Below are positions 1 through 14,300 of a DNA stretch of 64,000 nt, one piece after another. Both the position numbers and the translations under genes were made by a program. The notes below the pieces were generated by a model. It saw only the letters and a program-made list of their open reading frames with translations, did no database searches and was not told the origin of the DNA. This DNA is from Octopus vulgaris (Eukaryota). Every line of letters begins with the position of its first letter. Position 1 is the stretch's first letter. Where the stretch lies: assembly GCA_951406725.2 (NCBI GenBank), contig OX597841.1, positions 26,164,001 through 26,228,000 on the forward strand. Reading direction: 5' to 3'.

Positions 1-103
1 TGTCTACTTAAAAACATGTAATAAATTCACAAAAAAAAAACGGGAAACGAACATCAGTTATCGATCAGAGGGTCCAACGCAATTTCGTGCCTTAACAATA
101 TAC

Positions 104-308
104 TCTTTTTACTCTTTTACCCTTTTACTTGTTTCAGTCATTTGACCGCGGCCATGCTGGAGCACCGCCTTTTAATCGAGCAACTCGACCCCGGGACTTA
201 TTCTTTTGTAAGCCCAGTACTTATTCTATCGGTCTCTTTTGCCGAACCGCTAAGTAACGGAGACATAAACACACCAGCATCGGTTGTCAAGCAATGCTAG
301 GGGGACAA

Positions 309-352
<44 letters not shown>

Positions 353-503
353 GGGCTTCTTTCAGTTTCCGTCTACCAAATCCACTCACAAGGCTTTGGT
401 CGGCCCGAGGATATAGAAGAAGACACTTGCCCAAGGTGCCACGCAGTGGGACTGAATCCGGAACCATGTGGTTGGTAAACAGAGCTACTTACCACACAGC
501 CAC
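104..503 (-). mobile_element. SINE family A (tRNA-derived head, internal microsatellite, (TAAAAGAG)n tail); head slightly truncated
   Basis: Reverse complement of the ~400-bp unit seen at 900, 17437, 33607, 52297 and 55821. Confidence 0.9.
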
Positions 504-573
504 TTTTTTTTCGAATAATAATAATGTATATGACTTGAGACGTTTGCCTTCCCTTAACGTTTGTTGCCCTCCT

Positions 574-723
<150 letters not shown>

Positions 724-850
724 GCACACACACACACACACACACACGCACACACACACACACACACACACAAATATTCATATGAATATGTAATGTGGTT
801 TTAGAGTCGTTTTGACTGCTAGGTCTAGCATGATGGTATCTTTTAGATAC

Positions 851-899
<49 letters not shown>

Positions 900-1316
900 G
901 GCGCAGGAGTGGCTGTCTGTGTAAGTAGCTTGCTAACCAGCCACATGGTTCCGGGTTCAGTCCCACTGCGTGGCATCCTTGGGCAAGTGTCTTCTGCTAT
1001 AGCCCCGGACCGACCAATGCCTTGTGAGTGGATTTGGTAGACGGAAACTGAAAGAAGCCCGTCGTATATATGTATATATATATAAGTGTGTGTGTATATA
1101 TGTGTGTGTGTGTATGTGTGTGTGCCCCCCTAGCATTACTTGACAACCGATGCTGGTGCGTTTACGTCCCCATCACTTAGCGGTTCGGCAAAAGACACCG
1201 ATAGAATAAGTACTGGGCTTACGAAGAATAAGTTCTGGGGTCGATTTGCTCGACTAAAGGCGGTGCTCCAGCATGGCCGCAGTCAAATGACTGAAACAAG
1301 TAAAAGAGTAAAAGAG
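900..1316 (+). mobile_element. SINE family A, full length
   Basis: Starts GGCGCAGGAGTGGCTG; Pol III B-box-like GGTTCAGTCCC; CTTGGGCAAG core; central TA/TG microsatellite; ends CAGTCAAATGACTGAAACAAGTAAAAGAG. Confidence 0.92.
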
Positions 1317-1403
<87 letters not shown>

Positions 1404-1423
1404 GTATATATATATAGATGTTA

Positions 1424-1505
<82 letters not shown>

Positions 1506-1722
1506 AGAATATATATATAGATGTCTTTCAGTCCCGCTGATGATGATTGATGGATGATGGTAATGATGATGATGATTGTGGTGATGGTGGTGGTGGCGAA
1601 GATGTGATGATGCTGACGACGGTGTTGATGATGATGATGATTGTGGTGAAGATGGTGATGATGATGACGATGATTGTGGTGATGATGGTTGTGGTGGTGG
1701 GAGTGGTGCTAGTGGTAGCGAA

Positions 1723-1753
<31 letters not shown>

Positions 1754-2249
1754 GTGGTGATGATGGTGGTGGTGGGAGTGGTGCTAGTGGTAGCGAAGAT
1801 GATGATGATGATGATGATGATGGTATGATGGTGATGGTGGCGATGATGGCGGTGGTGATAATAACGTTGATGTTGATGACAATGTTGATGATGATGTTCA
1901 ATGATGTTCAGTGATGTCGATGGTGGTGGTCATGGCAGAAGTATTAATAACGGTCTTTTGCTATTGGTGATTGTTGTTCTGGCTGTAGCGTTGGTGGTGA
2001 TGCTGGATGTTGCGGTGTTGGTAGTGGTATTGGTCGCGTCGATGGTAGAGGTCATGGTGGGGTTAGTAGTACTGGTGGTGGTTGTATCGGTCGCTGTATT
2101 GATGTTCGTTGTCGTTTTTGTTGCTGTTGTTGTTGTTACTGTTGTTGTTGGTCCTGTCTGAAAAATTAAGAATACGTTGATTGGTATAAATTGCATTAAT
2201 TAAGCAACACAGAAGAAGGGTGTCCCCTTACTTGTGTGACGGTTCATAC

Positions 2250-3141
2250 ACACCACACACACGCAGAAACACGCACAGAAAGGCGCATACACAGAAAAAC
2301 ACATACACAGATGCGCATACTCAAATACAGATACACACACGCACACACACACACACACAAAGAATGGCACACGCACACAGAGGTACACATGCACACACGC
2401 ACGCAGTGACGCATACACACACATTTGCACAAAGGCACAGATATATACACACAGACACACAACATACACACACACACACACACACATACCCAGAGGTCCA
2501 TACACACACACAAAGGCACACAGATACAGAGGTAGACACACATACATGCACACACACACAGACACGCTCATACACACACACACACAGAGGCGTATACACA
2601 CATACATAAACACATACACACAAAGGGACACAGATGCAGTGGCACACACAGACACACTCACAGACACACACACACACACACACAAAGACACACAAATACA
2701 GAGGCACACACAGACACACTCACACCCACCCACAGAAAGGCACACAGATACAGAGGCACACACACATACGCACAAAGGCTCACGGATACAGAGGCACATA
2801 CACACATACATAAGCACATACACACACATACACACAAAGGAACACAGATGCAGTGGCACACACAGACACACTCACAGACACACACACACACACACACACA
2901 CACAAAGGCACACAAATACAGAGGCACACACAGACACACTCACACCCACCCACAGAAAGGCACACAGATACAGAGGCACACACACATACGCACAAAGGCT
3001 CACAGATACAAAGGTAGACACACACACATGCACACACACAGAGGCACGCTCATACACACATACTCTCACACAGGCGTATACACATACAGAAGTACATGCA
3101 CACAAAGGCACACAGATGCAGTGGTACACACAGACACACTC

Positions 3142-3176
<35 letters not shown>

Positions 3177-3350
3177 CACACCACACACACACCCACCCAC
3201 AGAAAGGCACACAGATACGGAGGCACACACATACGCACAAAGGCTCACAGATACAGAGGCACATACACACATACAGCGTCACATATATAGAGGCACACAG
3301 ACACACAACACACACATAGAGGCACACGCGCACACACACACGCAAAGAGA
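2250..3350. repeat. CA-derived higher-order minisatellite
   Basis: Block ACACAGATGCAGTGG...CACCCACCCACAGAAAGGCACACAGATAC...GCACAAAGGCTCAC recurs near 2625, 2840 and 3110. Confidence 0.8.
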
Positions 3351-3591
3351 GGCACACATCCTCCTATATACATAAAACAGATACATAAAGCGACTGATAC
3401 ACACAAATACTAACACATAGGCCAACAAACAGACAGACACACAGAACGATACACGTTGATGGATAAATAGACAGGTACAGATAGACTGGAGCCATATAGA
3501 CTTATATCGAAAGGGGCTAACACAGATCGACAGACAGACAGACAAACAGATACACGCATTACAGTGATTACACACTGATAGACAGAGATAC

Positions 3592-3916
3592 AGAGCTGGC
3601 AGAATCGTTAGCACGCCGGGCGAAATGCGCAGCCGTAATTCGTCTGCCGCTACGTTCTGAGTTCAAATTCTATGTTTAGCCCCTTGTGGGCAGTAAAAAA
3701 ACATATATATGGAGTTTAGGAAGCTGGGCGAAATGCGTAGCTGTATTTTGTCTGCCGCTACATTCTGAGTTCAAATTCCGCCGAGGTCGACTTTGCCTTT
3801 CATCCTTTCGGGGTCGATTAAATAAGTACCAGTAAATCACTGAGGTCGATATAATCGACTTAATCCCCTTGTTTGTCCCCTCTATGTTAATCCCCCTGTG
3901 GGCAATAAAGAAATAA
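3592..3916 (+). mobile_element. SINE family C (Deu/Nin-domain-like); internally deleted copy followed by a 5'-truncated copy
   Basis: GAGTTCAAATTCC B box; GCCTTTCATCCTTTCGGGGTCGA...AAGTACCAG central motif; tail CCCCTGTGGGCAATAAAGAAAT; matches 51771. Confidence 0.85.
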
Positions 3917-4040
3917 ATATATCATAAAGGCACGCGCATACGCACCTACGTTCTCATTTCATTCATAATGTATATACAATATAATGGATCATATGTGTGT
4001 GTGTGTCTGTGTGTCTGTGTAGATAATGTATCATTGTCTG

Positions 4041-4218
<178 letters not shown>

Positions 4219-4399
4219 CATCCATCCATCCATCCATCCATCCAAATACGCCAGCTAAACTTCGTTGAACTGTCTAAAGTCGTAAGACACCCGCAGTTTT
4301 TGTCCTGTTTTTACTATTATTGTTTTTTTGTATTTATATTCGTGTAGCATCGACCGTTTTTCTGTCCTTGTTTCGTATATATTCGATCCTTTTTCCAAG

Positions 4400-4690
<291 letters not shown>

Positions 4691-5039
4691 GCAATTATAA
4701 GCACACACCCTTATGTGTTCAACTACATCTACACACACATACGAAACTACACACACATACACATACAGAGAGAAAGATAGACACATAAATATACATAGAC
4801 AAAGCGACAGGTATAGATGCACATATCCACTCTTCTATCCACCCGTCCATCGGTATAACCATTCGTCCCTCCCTCCATCCACCTGTTTAGATATTCATCA
4901 ATCCAGCTATCCGTTTAACCATCCATCCTTTTAGCCATCCATCCATTCATCCATACATCAATCCATCCACCCGTATAAGTTATTCGTCCATCCGTACGTC
5001 CATTCACCCACCCGTTTAATCATCCATTCAACCGCTCAT

Positions 5040-5512
5040 CCATCCATCCATCGACCCGTTTAACAATCCATCCATCCATCCATCCATCCATCCATCGACC
5101 CGTTTAACAATCCATCCATCCATCCATCGACCCGTTTAACAATCCATCCATCCATCCATCGACCCGTTTATCAATCCATCCATCCATCCATCGACCCGTT
5201 TAACAATCCATCCATCCATCCATCCATCCATCCATCCATCCATCCATCCATCCATCGACCCATTTAACAATCCATCCATCCATCCATCGACCCGTTTAAC
5301 AATCCATCCATCCATCCATCCATCGACCCGTTTAACAATCCATCCATCCATCCATCCATCGACCCGTTTAACAATCCATCCATCCATCCATCCATCCATC
5401 GACCCGTTTAACAATCCATCCATCCATCCATCGACCCGTTTAACAATCCATTCATCTATCCATCCATCCATCGACCCGTTTAACAATCCATCCATCCATC
5501 CATCCATCCATC
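5040..5512. repeat. Compound minisatellite: TCGACCCGTTTAACAA core alternating with (TCCA)n
   Basis: About 12 copies of the 16-nt core separated by variable numbers of TCCA. Confidence 0.95.
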
Positions 5513-6039
5513 CAGCGATTCATCCAGCCACCTAACCGGTCAGGCAGCTAAACCAACCAACCAACCAACCAACCAACCTGCCAGCCAGCCGTCAGCTGTA
5601 CCGACCAGCCTGCCGGCCGGCCACACACAGGAGAGTCTATTGAACCAGTGACGAGGGTTGAGAATGTGGCGTTGCGGTAAATTGAGGCGTCGGAGTTGAG
5701 TGAACAGTTGTCAGAATGATAGGGGGAGGTGAGTGTGAGTGGGGGTTGGTGTGAGTGGACGTTGATTGTGGTGGTGGTGGTGGTGGGGGATGGAAGAGAT
5801 GTGAATGTGAGTGGAGGTTGGTATGTGAGGGTAGTCAACGGTGGTGGTGGTGGTGTTGGTGGTAGTTGGCGTGAATGTTTGCTTGTCGGTAGATAGATAG
5901 ATAGATACTGAGAGAGGGAGGGAGAGATAAATAGAGATGAAGAGACAGAAAGAAGGGTGATTGGGAGAGAGTGAAAAGAAGAGAGAGGGAGAGAGAGAGA
6001 GAGCAAGTGAGAAAGAGAGCAAGCGAGAAAGAGAACAAG

Positions 6040-6392
6040 AGAGAGAGAGAGCAGCAGTGAGAAAGAGAACAAGAGAGAGCAAGAGATAGAGAAAGAGAAA
6101 GAGGAGGGAGTGAAAGGAAGAGAGAGAGAGAGAGAGAGCAAGAGATAGAGAAAGAGAAAGAGGAGGGAGTAAAAGGAAGAGAGAGAGAGAGAGCAAGAGA
6201 TAGAGAAAGAGAAAGAGGAGGGAGTGAAAGGAAGAGAGAGAGAGAGAGCAAGAGATAGAGAAAGAGAAAGAGGAGGGAGTGAAAGGAAGAGAGAGAGAGA
6301 GAGCAAGAGATAGAGAAAGAGAAAGAGGAGGGAGTGAAAGGAAGAGAGAGAGAGAGCAAGAGATAGAGAAAGAGAAAGAGGAGGGAGTGAAA

Positions 6393-6423
<31 letters not shown>

Positions 6424-6425
6424 CA
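6040..6425. repeat. Purine-rich minisatellite, ~55-60 bp unit
   Basis: GCAAGAGATAGAGAAAGAGAAAGAGGAGGGAGTGAAAGGAA(GA)n repeated about 6 times. Confidence 0.9.
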
Positions 6426-6689
6426 AGCGAGAAAGACAAGAGATATAAGAAGAGAGACAGAGAGACAGATAGTGTGCGAACGTGTACGGAGTAAGCGAGA
6501 AAGGATATGAGAGATAAAGAGAGGGGGAGAGAGAAAGCTGGAAGGTATAAAATGGAGGGTTGCAGACGACACTGATAGACATATCTGTATATGATGATAT
6601 ACGTATGTGTGTGTAGTTATGTGTATGAGGGATAGAGAGAGAGAGATGGGGGGGGGAATGTGGGGAGGGGAAGACATCTAGATAGATAG

Positions 6690-6772
6690 ATAAGTTTCTT
6701 TGTTGGCCACACAGGGCTGCACACAGATGGGACAAGTTACAAGGTAGAGCTTTTCTTTTGGGGGATGAAGAA
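6690..6772 (-). mobile_element. Retroposon 3' end terminating in (TATC)n
   Basis: Near-identical copy at 7572-7650 and shorter copy at 37405-37430 (+); minus strand ends GCCCTGTGTGGCCAA(C/T)AAAGAAAC(TATC)n. Confidence 0.65.
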
Positions 6773-6991
6773 AACAAAAAAAAAAAAAGGGGGGTGGCGT
6801 AGGTTTTCGATCAAGAGGGCTCGTAAAAGGGAAGAAAAGAACAAAAAAAGTAAATAAAAAAAAAATAAAGAAAAAGATAGATAGATTGACAGATAGAGAG
6901 AGAGGGAAAAAGAGTGAGTGAGAGAGAGAGAGAGAGAGATAAAGATGTGTAACCGATACTGTATGTGTGTATGTTGAAGATGATATTGAGA

Positions 6992-7086
<95 letters not shown>

Positions 7087-7374
7087 ATGTATGTTTGAGA
7101 AGTAGGTAAGCAAAATAAACAGATTGGCACAAAGATGTACACACACACACAGCTATATATATATATACAGACACAATAAGGGATAGATGGATGGACAGAT
7201 AGAGCATAGAAAGAAAGAGAGAGACACACACAAAGGGGAGAGAGAAAGAGAGAGAGAGAGACTTATACTAAAAGAGGTATTTGATAGATATATGCAAAAA
7301 TCGATAGGTAGATAGATAGATCGAGAGACGGATTCAGAGACACATAGATAGAGAAATACACAGATAGACAAACG

Positions 7375-7420
<46 letters not shown>

Positions 7421-7460
7421 AAGGTAGATAGATAGATAGAAAGGTAGATAGATAGATAGT

Positions 7461-7543
<83 letters not shown>

Positions 7544-7571
7544 GTAGATAGATAGAAAGGTAGATCGATAG

Positions 7572-7650
7572 ATAAGTTTCTTTATTGGCCACACAGGGCT
7601 GCACACAGATGGGACAAGTTACAAGGTAGAGCTTTTCTTTTGGGGGATGA
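7572..7650 (-). mobile_element. Retroposon 3' end embedded in (GATA)n
   Basis: Near-identical to 6690-6772. Confidence 0.65.
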
Positions 7651-7659
7651 AAAGAAAGG

Positions 7660-7715
<56 letters not shown>

Positions 7716-7787
7716 AAGATAGATAGATAGATAGAAAGGTAGATAGATAAATAGACAGATAGATAGAAAGGTAGATAGATAGGATAG

Positions 7788-7861
<74 letters not shown>

Positions 7862-7966
7862 ATAGATAGATAGATAGATAGATAGGATAGGATAGAAAGA
7901 AAGAGACATCATAGAAAGAGATTGAGATACACATAGGATAGAGAGAGAGGTGTATAAGGTTTCTTT

Positions 7967-8009
<43 letters not shown>

Positions 8010-8172
8010 GGGTAACTATAGGGAGATATATCACTAAATAGAGAGGTGATAGGGAAGAAAGAACGTGTCAGGCGATTATTTAACTATATCCAACTTTCGC
8101 CCCCATCAATGTCTTCGTGGTTTAAAACTAACTTTCTACGTATGTCTCCGTCTGCTTGTTTACACGCTTCTG

Positions 8173-8228
<56 letters not shown>

Positions 8229-8327
8229 AGTGTGCATGTGTGTGGTGAGGGTCTGTTTGTCTGTCAGCCTGTCTGTCTACGTGTTCCTCCATCTGATGTT
8301 CTATCAACCTAATTGCCTATCGGCGCG

Positions 8328-8402
<75 letters not shown>

Positions 8403-8505
8403 TAAAGAGAAAGTGAAAGTATGTGCGTATTAATACCTGTATAAGATTTATATATTGCATTGTCTGTTATCTGTGTATGTATGTATGTTGTATATATATG
8501 AATGA

Positions 8506-8556
<51 letters not shown>

Positions 8557-8557
8557 C

Positions 8558-8595
<38 letters not shown>

Positions 8596-8767
8596 AATAT
8601 AGAGATACCCAAATATATACATACATATATATATATGTAAATATATACATACCCAAAATTATCCAAAGTTTAATGTATATATATATATGCATGCATGTAT
8701 ATATACGTGTGTGTATATATGTATATGTCATTATATTTATATCAATATATGTATAAATACATATATG

Positions 8768-8816
<49 letters not shown>

Positions 8817-8830
8817 TTATACATACCTAC

Positions 8831-8873
<43 letters not shown>

Positions 8874-8905
8874 ACTCTATATGTATGGAAACTTACATTC
8901 GTATC

Positions 8906-8970
<65 letters not shown>

Positions 8971-9196
8971 CATGTATCTACAAATATGAATATATACATA
9001 CGCACATACAACATATACACACATACATGCGCGCGCACACACATATGCGGACAACCCTTCTGCTGCCGTTGAGTCTCATTTCATCAAGTTTATAAATACA
9101 TGTGTTCGCCTAATTACGGATAAATATAAATGTGTATACTACGTGTGTCAGTCAATCACTCAATCAATCAATCCATCCATCAATCAATCAGTCAAT

Positions 9197-9234
<38 letters not shown>

Positions 9235-9586
9235 TATATGTCTATACGCACACCCACAAACATACACACTCACACATACACACAAATGCACACACACATA
9301 CACACACACACACACACAGGTACGCATACATTCACAAAGGACCACACACACAAAATCAAACTTTCATCGCTACGTATTTCGATATATTTGCTTCATCCTC
9401 TTCATCATCATAATCATCATCATGAATATTACTTTGTAAAATTAAGAGAGAGTGGAAGCAGAGAAAGAGAGAGAGAGAGAGAGTGTGTGTGTGTGTGTGG
9501 TGTACATGTTCTTTCTCTCTCTCTCTGTCTCTCTCACACATAGACTCTGTCTATTTCTCTATCTTTCTCCGTGTACGCTTTTCTCT

Positions 9587-9625
9587 TTCTTCCGACGAAG
9601 GACTTACGTCCGAAACGTCATGGGC
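9587..9625 (+). ncRNA. Minimal hammerhead-like motif (variant core) in a probable Penelope terminal repeat
   Basis: CCGACGA-A-GGAC-TTAC-GTCC-GAAACGTC: perfect stem II, palindromic ACGT stem III, GUC site; stem I is weak. Confidence 0.5.
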
Positions 9626-9807
9626 CTGTCTGCCAGGCTAATACATTATTTGATAAGCCCTTTCCCAACTGCGTTATCCTTTTTCATTATTCATCGTATT
9701 TGGACTATATATATATATATATATATATATACAGAGTAAGCGCATAAATGCGAAACAAAGTGGAAAAAATAGTACTCGAATACCAGAGGTAGAGTAATGT
9801 GCGTTAA

Positions 9808-9858
<51 letters not shown>

Positions 9859-9871
9859 CATGCATACAAGT

Positions 9872-10033
9872 CGCAGGAGTAGCTGTGTGGTATGTAGCTT
9901 GCTATCCAACCAAATGGTTCCGGGTTCAGTCCCACTGCGTGACATCTTGGGCAAGTGTCTTCTACTATAGCCTCGGTCCGAATAAAGCCTTGTGATTGGA
10001 TTTGGTAGACAGAAACTGAAAGAAGCCCGTCGT
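9872..10033 (+). mobile_element. SINE family A, 5' half
   Basis: Head through GAAGCCCGTCG, ending at the internal (TA)n. Confidence 0.88.
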
Positions 10034-10372
10034 ATATATGTATATATATATATATTATTTTTTTAAGGAATAAAAATTCTTGTATAACAGAGGTTCAAAT
10101 TATTCTCAATGGAGAAATATATTTTAATTTAGAGATAGTAGACCCCTACATCTCACCAAATAAAAATAATTTTAATTTTAATTTTAAATACCTACTGTTT
10201 TATTACTTGGCAACACGTGTTTCATGAGGTACATCATCGGGTTCCTAAACCACTCCGTGTTTCCCTGGAACCCCTCTCAAGATGCCACCCCAATCATCAG
10301 GCCCTTATTTAACTTTACCAACGTTCAATATAATAAACTACATACATACACACACACACACACACACAGACA

Positions 10373-10423
<51 letters not shown>

Positions 10424-10439
10424 GTGTGTGAAAGTAAAA

Positions 10440-10570
10440 AAATACAAACTGGGACAAGAACGTGAAACATTTAGAAGACGACACAAAAAAAAAAACACGG
10501 ACGGGACATTCGAAGCCTTCAATCTTCAGTCAAGAACCGGATCATCTTCGCAATTTCGGCTGATTAATCT
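10440..10570 (-). mobile_element. Repeat family D copy
   Basis: Reverse complement of 4460-4590. Confidence 0.75.
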
Positions 10571-10589
10571 TATATATATATATATGTGT

Positions 10590-11015
10590 ATAAGACCCAA
10601 TTGCGGGATATGCGATTATCTAATTGAGGGGTCAGAGTTCTCCTTCAAACAGGGACAACGGTTTACAGTGAAAAGCAACTTCACATGTGCTTCGGAGAAC
10701 CTGATATACACACTAACCTGCTCTGGGTGTCAAGAGCAGTACATAGGCCAAACAAAAAATAGTTTGCGTAAAAGAATGGCCCTGCACAGATCTCAGATAA
10801 AAATTCCCCAAAACAGAAAAATAGCTTTCAGCCAACACATAGATACTTGCGCCAACAACAAAACACCAGGCTTCAGGATTTTCCCCCTCAACCAATTCAG
10901 GGACGATACAACTTCGAGACAACGAATAAGTAAAGAAACTCTCTTTATTACAAAATGCAGGCCACTTCTTAACGGGTCTACGACAAACGATTTATACACC
11001 CCAGCTTTAGAATAA
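10590..11015 (+). mobile_element. Penelope-like element, GIY-YIG endonuclease C-terminus (5'-truncated)
   Basis: CGIC...FTCASENLIYTLTCSGCQEQYIGQTKNSLRKRMALH...FSQH...KETLFI...PLLN shows the xIY/CxxC/YIG, R, H, E and LN motifs typical of Penelope GIY-YIG domains. Confidence 0.92.
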
Positions 11016-11204
11016 CACAAATACACACGCAAATATTACATTCCAAAGAATCCATTACAAATCAGCCCCAATCACAGCTATAATCCATAACGTGCCAACT
11101 TCAAGTCATACAACACCTCACTACTTCCACTCATTCATATTCTCCCTTCTCTTTCTTCTTCTTCCTCTTCTTCTTCATCATCATCATTATCATCATCATC
11201 GTCG

Positions 11205-11235
<31 letters not shown>

Positions 11236-11673
11236 CATCATCTTCTCCTTCTCCTTCTTCTTCTTCTTCATCATCATCAACATCGTCATCATCATCATCA
11301 TCATCTTCTTCTTCACCTTCTACTTCTTAACTTTATCACTAATGCTTTTTAGTATAACACCTACGCAAATTCTATAAACAAACCTTTCAATAGAAATATT
11401 CTCCTGAATTGAACTGCAACATCTAGCCGCCACTGACCATTCAAAATACGACAATCAAGGCACTCCCAAATTTTTCCACCCCCTCTCCTCATCAACATTC
11501 TTCTTCTTCTACCCTACCAAGAATTCACAACGACCTCGAACACACAAGTGCAAACAAGAGAGACAGAGAAAGGCAGAAACAAGGAACATGCCACTTATAT
11601 TTGAAGACCATACAAATTTTCCCTTAAAAAAACTTTTCTTTTAATTTTTCTAAATTCAATTATTTAATCGTTA

Positions 11674-11711
11674 CAGTTGAAAAGGTCTCAAAATGACCGA
11701 AACCGGTACTG
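11674..11711 (+). ncRNA. Degenerate minimal hammerhead motif in the 3' terminal repeat of the Penelope element
   Basis: CAG-TTGAAAA-GGTC-TCAAAAT-GACC-GAAACCGGTA-CTG; stems I and II and palindromic stem III are present, core deviates from CUGANGA. Confidence 0.55.
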
Positions 11712-11798
11712 AAATGTTCTTTATAAAATTATTATAGCATTTTCCATCTTGACTTGTTTTTTCATATATATCAACTCGTGTGTTCCTTTTCACGTGTG

Positions 11799-11881
<83 letters not shown>

Positions 11882-12071
11882 CTACTGCGTGGCATCTTGG
11901 GCAAGTGTCTTCTTACACGCATATAGATCATAGAGAGAGAGAGAGAGGGAGAGAGAGATATTAATGTAGATATCATTCATAAATGCTCACACACTGTTTC
12001 ATATATGCAAACGCGTGTTTGTATTCATATGTATGTCAATCTATCTATATATGTGTATGTGTGTGTGTGTG

Positions 12072-12272
12072 TGTTTGTCCCCCCTAGTATTGCTTGACAA
12101 CCGATGCTGGTGTGTTTACGTCCCCGTCACCTAGCGGTTCGGCAAAAGAGACCGATAGAATAAGTACTGGGCTTACAAAGAATAAGTCCCGGGGTCGATT
12201 TGCTCGACTAAAGGCGGTGCTCTAGCATGGCCGCAGTCAAATGACTGAAACAATTAAAAGAGTAAAAGAGAG
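12072..12272 (+). mobile_element. SINE family A, 3' half
   Basis: TTGACAACCGATGCTGG...GACTGAAACAATTAAAAGAG. Confidence 0.88.
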
Positions 12273-12335
12273 AGTATACACACATACACGTGTATATTTA
12301 TACATGCAAGTATGAATGATCGTGTATGTTAATAA

Positions 12336-12454
<119 letters not shown>

Positions 12455-12837
12455 TGTGCTGGTATGTATTTGTGTTGTGGTGTGTGTGTGTGTGTAGTCT
12501 TGTCCAGTGGATGTGGTAGACGGAAACTGAAAGAAGCCAGTCATGAGAATCGTGTTTCTGTCACAGAAGGCTCTTCTTACGGCCTCGGCTATCAACGCAC
12601 AGAGCAGTCGCTTACAAAGATGCATAATTTGTTCGTACGTGCCACATCTGATGGCGATGCAGCTTTCCCAACCAACACATTCAATAACGGAACAGCCCGG
12701 CCTCTCATACACGCATATAGATCAGAGAGAGAGAGAGAGAGAGAGAGATTAATGTAGATATCATTCATAAATGCTCACACAGTTTCATATATGCAAACGC
12801 GTGTTTGTATTCATATGTATGTCAATCTATCTATCTT

Positions 12838-13221
12838 GGAGGCGCAATGGCCCAGTGGTTAGGGCAGCGGACTCGCGGTCATAGGATCGCAGTTTCGATT
12901 CCCAGACCGGGCGTTGTGAGTGTTTATTGAGCGAAAACACCTAAAAAGCTCCACGAGGCTCCGGCAGGGGGTGGTGGTGATCCCTGCTGTACTCTTTCAC
13001 CACAACTTTCTCTCACTCTTACTTCCTGTTTCTGTTGTACCTGTATTTCAAGGGGCCGGCCTTGTCACTCTCTGTGTCACGCCGAATATCCCCGAGAACT
13101 ACGTTAAGGGTACACGTGTCTGTGGAATGCTCAGCCACTTACACGTCAATTTCACGAGCAGGCTGTTCCGTTGATTCGGATCAACCGGAACCCTCATCGT
13201 CGTAACCGACGGAGTGCTTCC
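12838..13221 (+). mobile_element. SINE family B (tRNA-derived), full length
   Basis: GGAGGCGCAATGGCCCAGTGGTTAGGGCAGCGGACTCGCGGTC A box, TTTCGATTCCC B box; TSD AATCTATCTATCT; copies at 15857, 36061, 50010 and 55365. Confidence 0.93.
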
Positions 13222-13864
13222 CCAAAAAAATCTATCTATCTCTCCATCTCTTTATCTGTCCATCTATCTATTTATCTGTCTGTCTGTCTGTTTATTTATT
13301 TGGCACAAGCTTGCTTCTCAACCACATAGCTTGGGGTTCAGTCTCACTGCGTAACGCTTTAGGAAAGTGTCTTCCCGTGTAGTCTTGTCCAGTGGATGTG
13401 GTAGACGGAAACTGAAAGAAGCCAGTCATGAGAATCGTGTTTCTGTCACAGAAGGCTCTTCTTACGGCCTCAGCTATCAACGCACAGAGCAGTCGCTTAC
13501 AAAGATGCATAATTTAGGGTATCTCCATAACTGGAAACACAGAAGAGCCTTATCGATGAGATCATTTCATGAGAAGTATATAAAACCATAGAAAGTCAAG
13601 AAGTATCAGAGGTGAATTATAGATGCAACCATGAGCGGTCCGTAAGCTTTTTAAAGCCCTGTAAAAGAATTGGGATGGTTGGGCCTCCAGCCAGGTCCTT
13701 CACGGTACCCCTAAAGCCAGGAACTTTTCAGCAACCGCTCGTATATACAATATATATATATATTTAATTCGTCCTTAGTCTAAAGACACCTGATGTTAAT
13801 GTCCTTTATTTGCATTTGTATCTGTGTATCATTTATCCATTTATTCCGACCTTGTTTTCGTTGC

Positions 13865-13980
13865 GTAGTTTTCCCTTGGGGCTGGCCAGATTCGAGCAAT
13901 CTCAAGTATAACCAGCTGAAATTGCAATGATAGTCTGGAGCTCGACTGAAGAAAGAAAACTCCGAATGCTCCGTCCTTGC
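13865..13980 (+). mobile_element. Repeat family D, diverged copy
   Basis: CCTTGGGGCTGGCC...GAAATTGC...GACTGAAGA...CGAATG matches 4427-4530. Confidence 0.6.
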
Positions 13981-14130
13981 AGGATTAAAAACAAGACCTG
14001 TTGAAAGGTCCGATGAACCTAGTGCAGCCTCATCGGCTATCTAGCAATAGCACGGTGCGCAGAAATTCCAGGATGGTGTCCGGCGGGCTGAATGACCACT
14101 GTCTGTCTGTCTGTCTTTCTGCCTCTCTCC

Positions 14131-14198
<68 letters not shown>

Positions 14199-14243
14199 GT
14201 CTGTCTATCTACCTGTTTATCTATCTATCTATCTATCTATCTA

Positions 14244-14300
<57 letters not shown>

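Noticed and set aside
284-478. Recurrent peptides such as EDTCPRCHAVGLNPEPCGW
   Set aside because: Antisense translation of SINE A, not a protein family.
5040-5512. CRISPR-like repeat-spacer look (also 45045-46495)
   Set aside because: Spacers are simple repeats or mutually homologous, the context is eukaryotic, and there are no cas genes.
10224-10589. N-terminal part of the 263-aa ORF
   Set aside because: Chance read-through of (CA)n, a family D repeat and (TA)n; only the GIY-YIG part is genuine.
12838-12910. tRNA genes
   Set aside because: All tRNA-like segments continue into SINE bodies and lack a complete acceptor stem.
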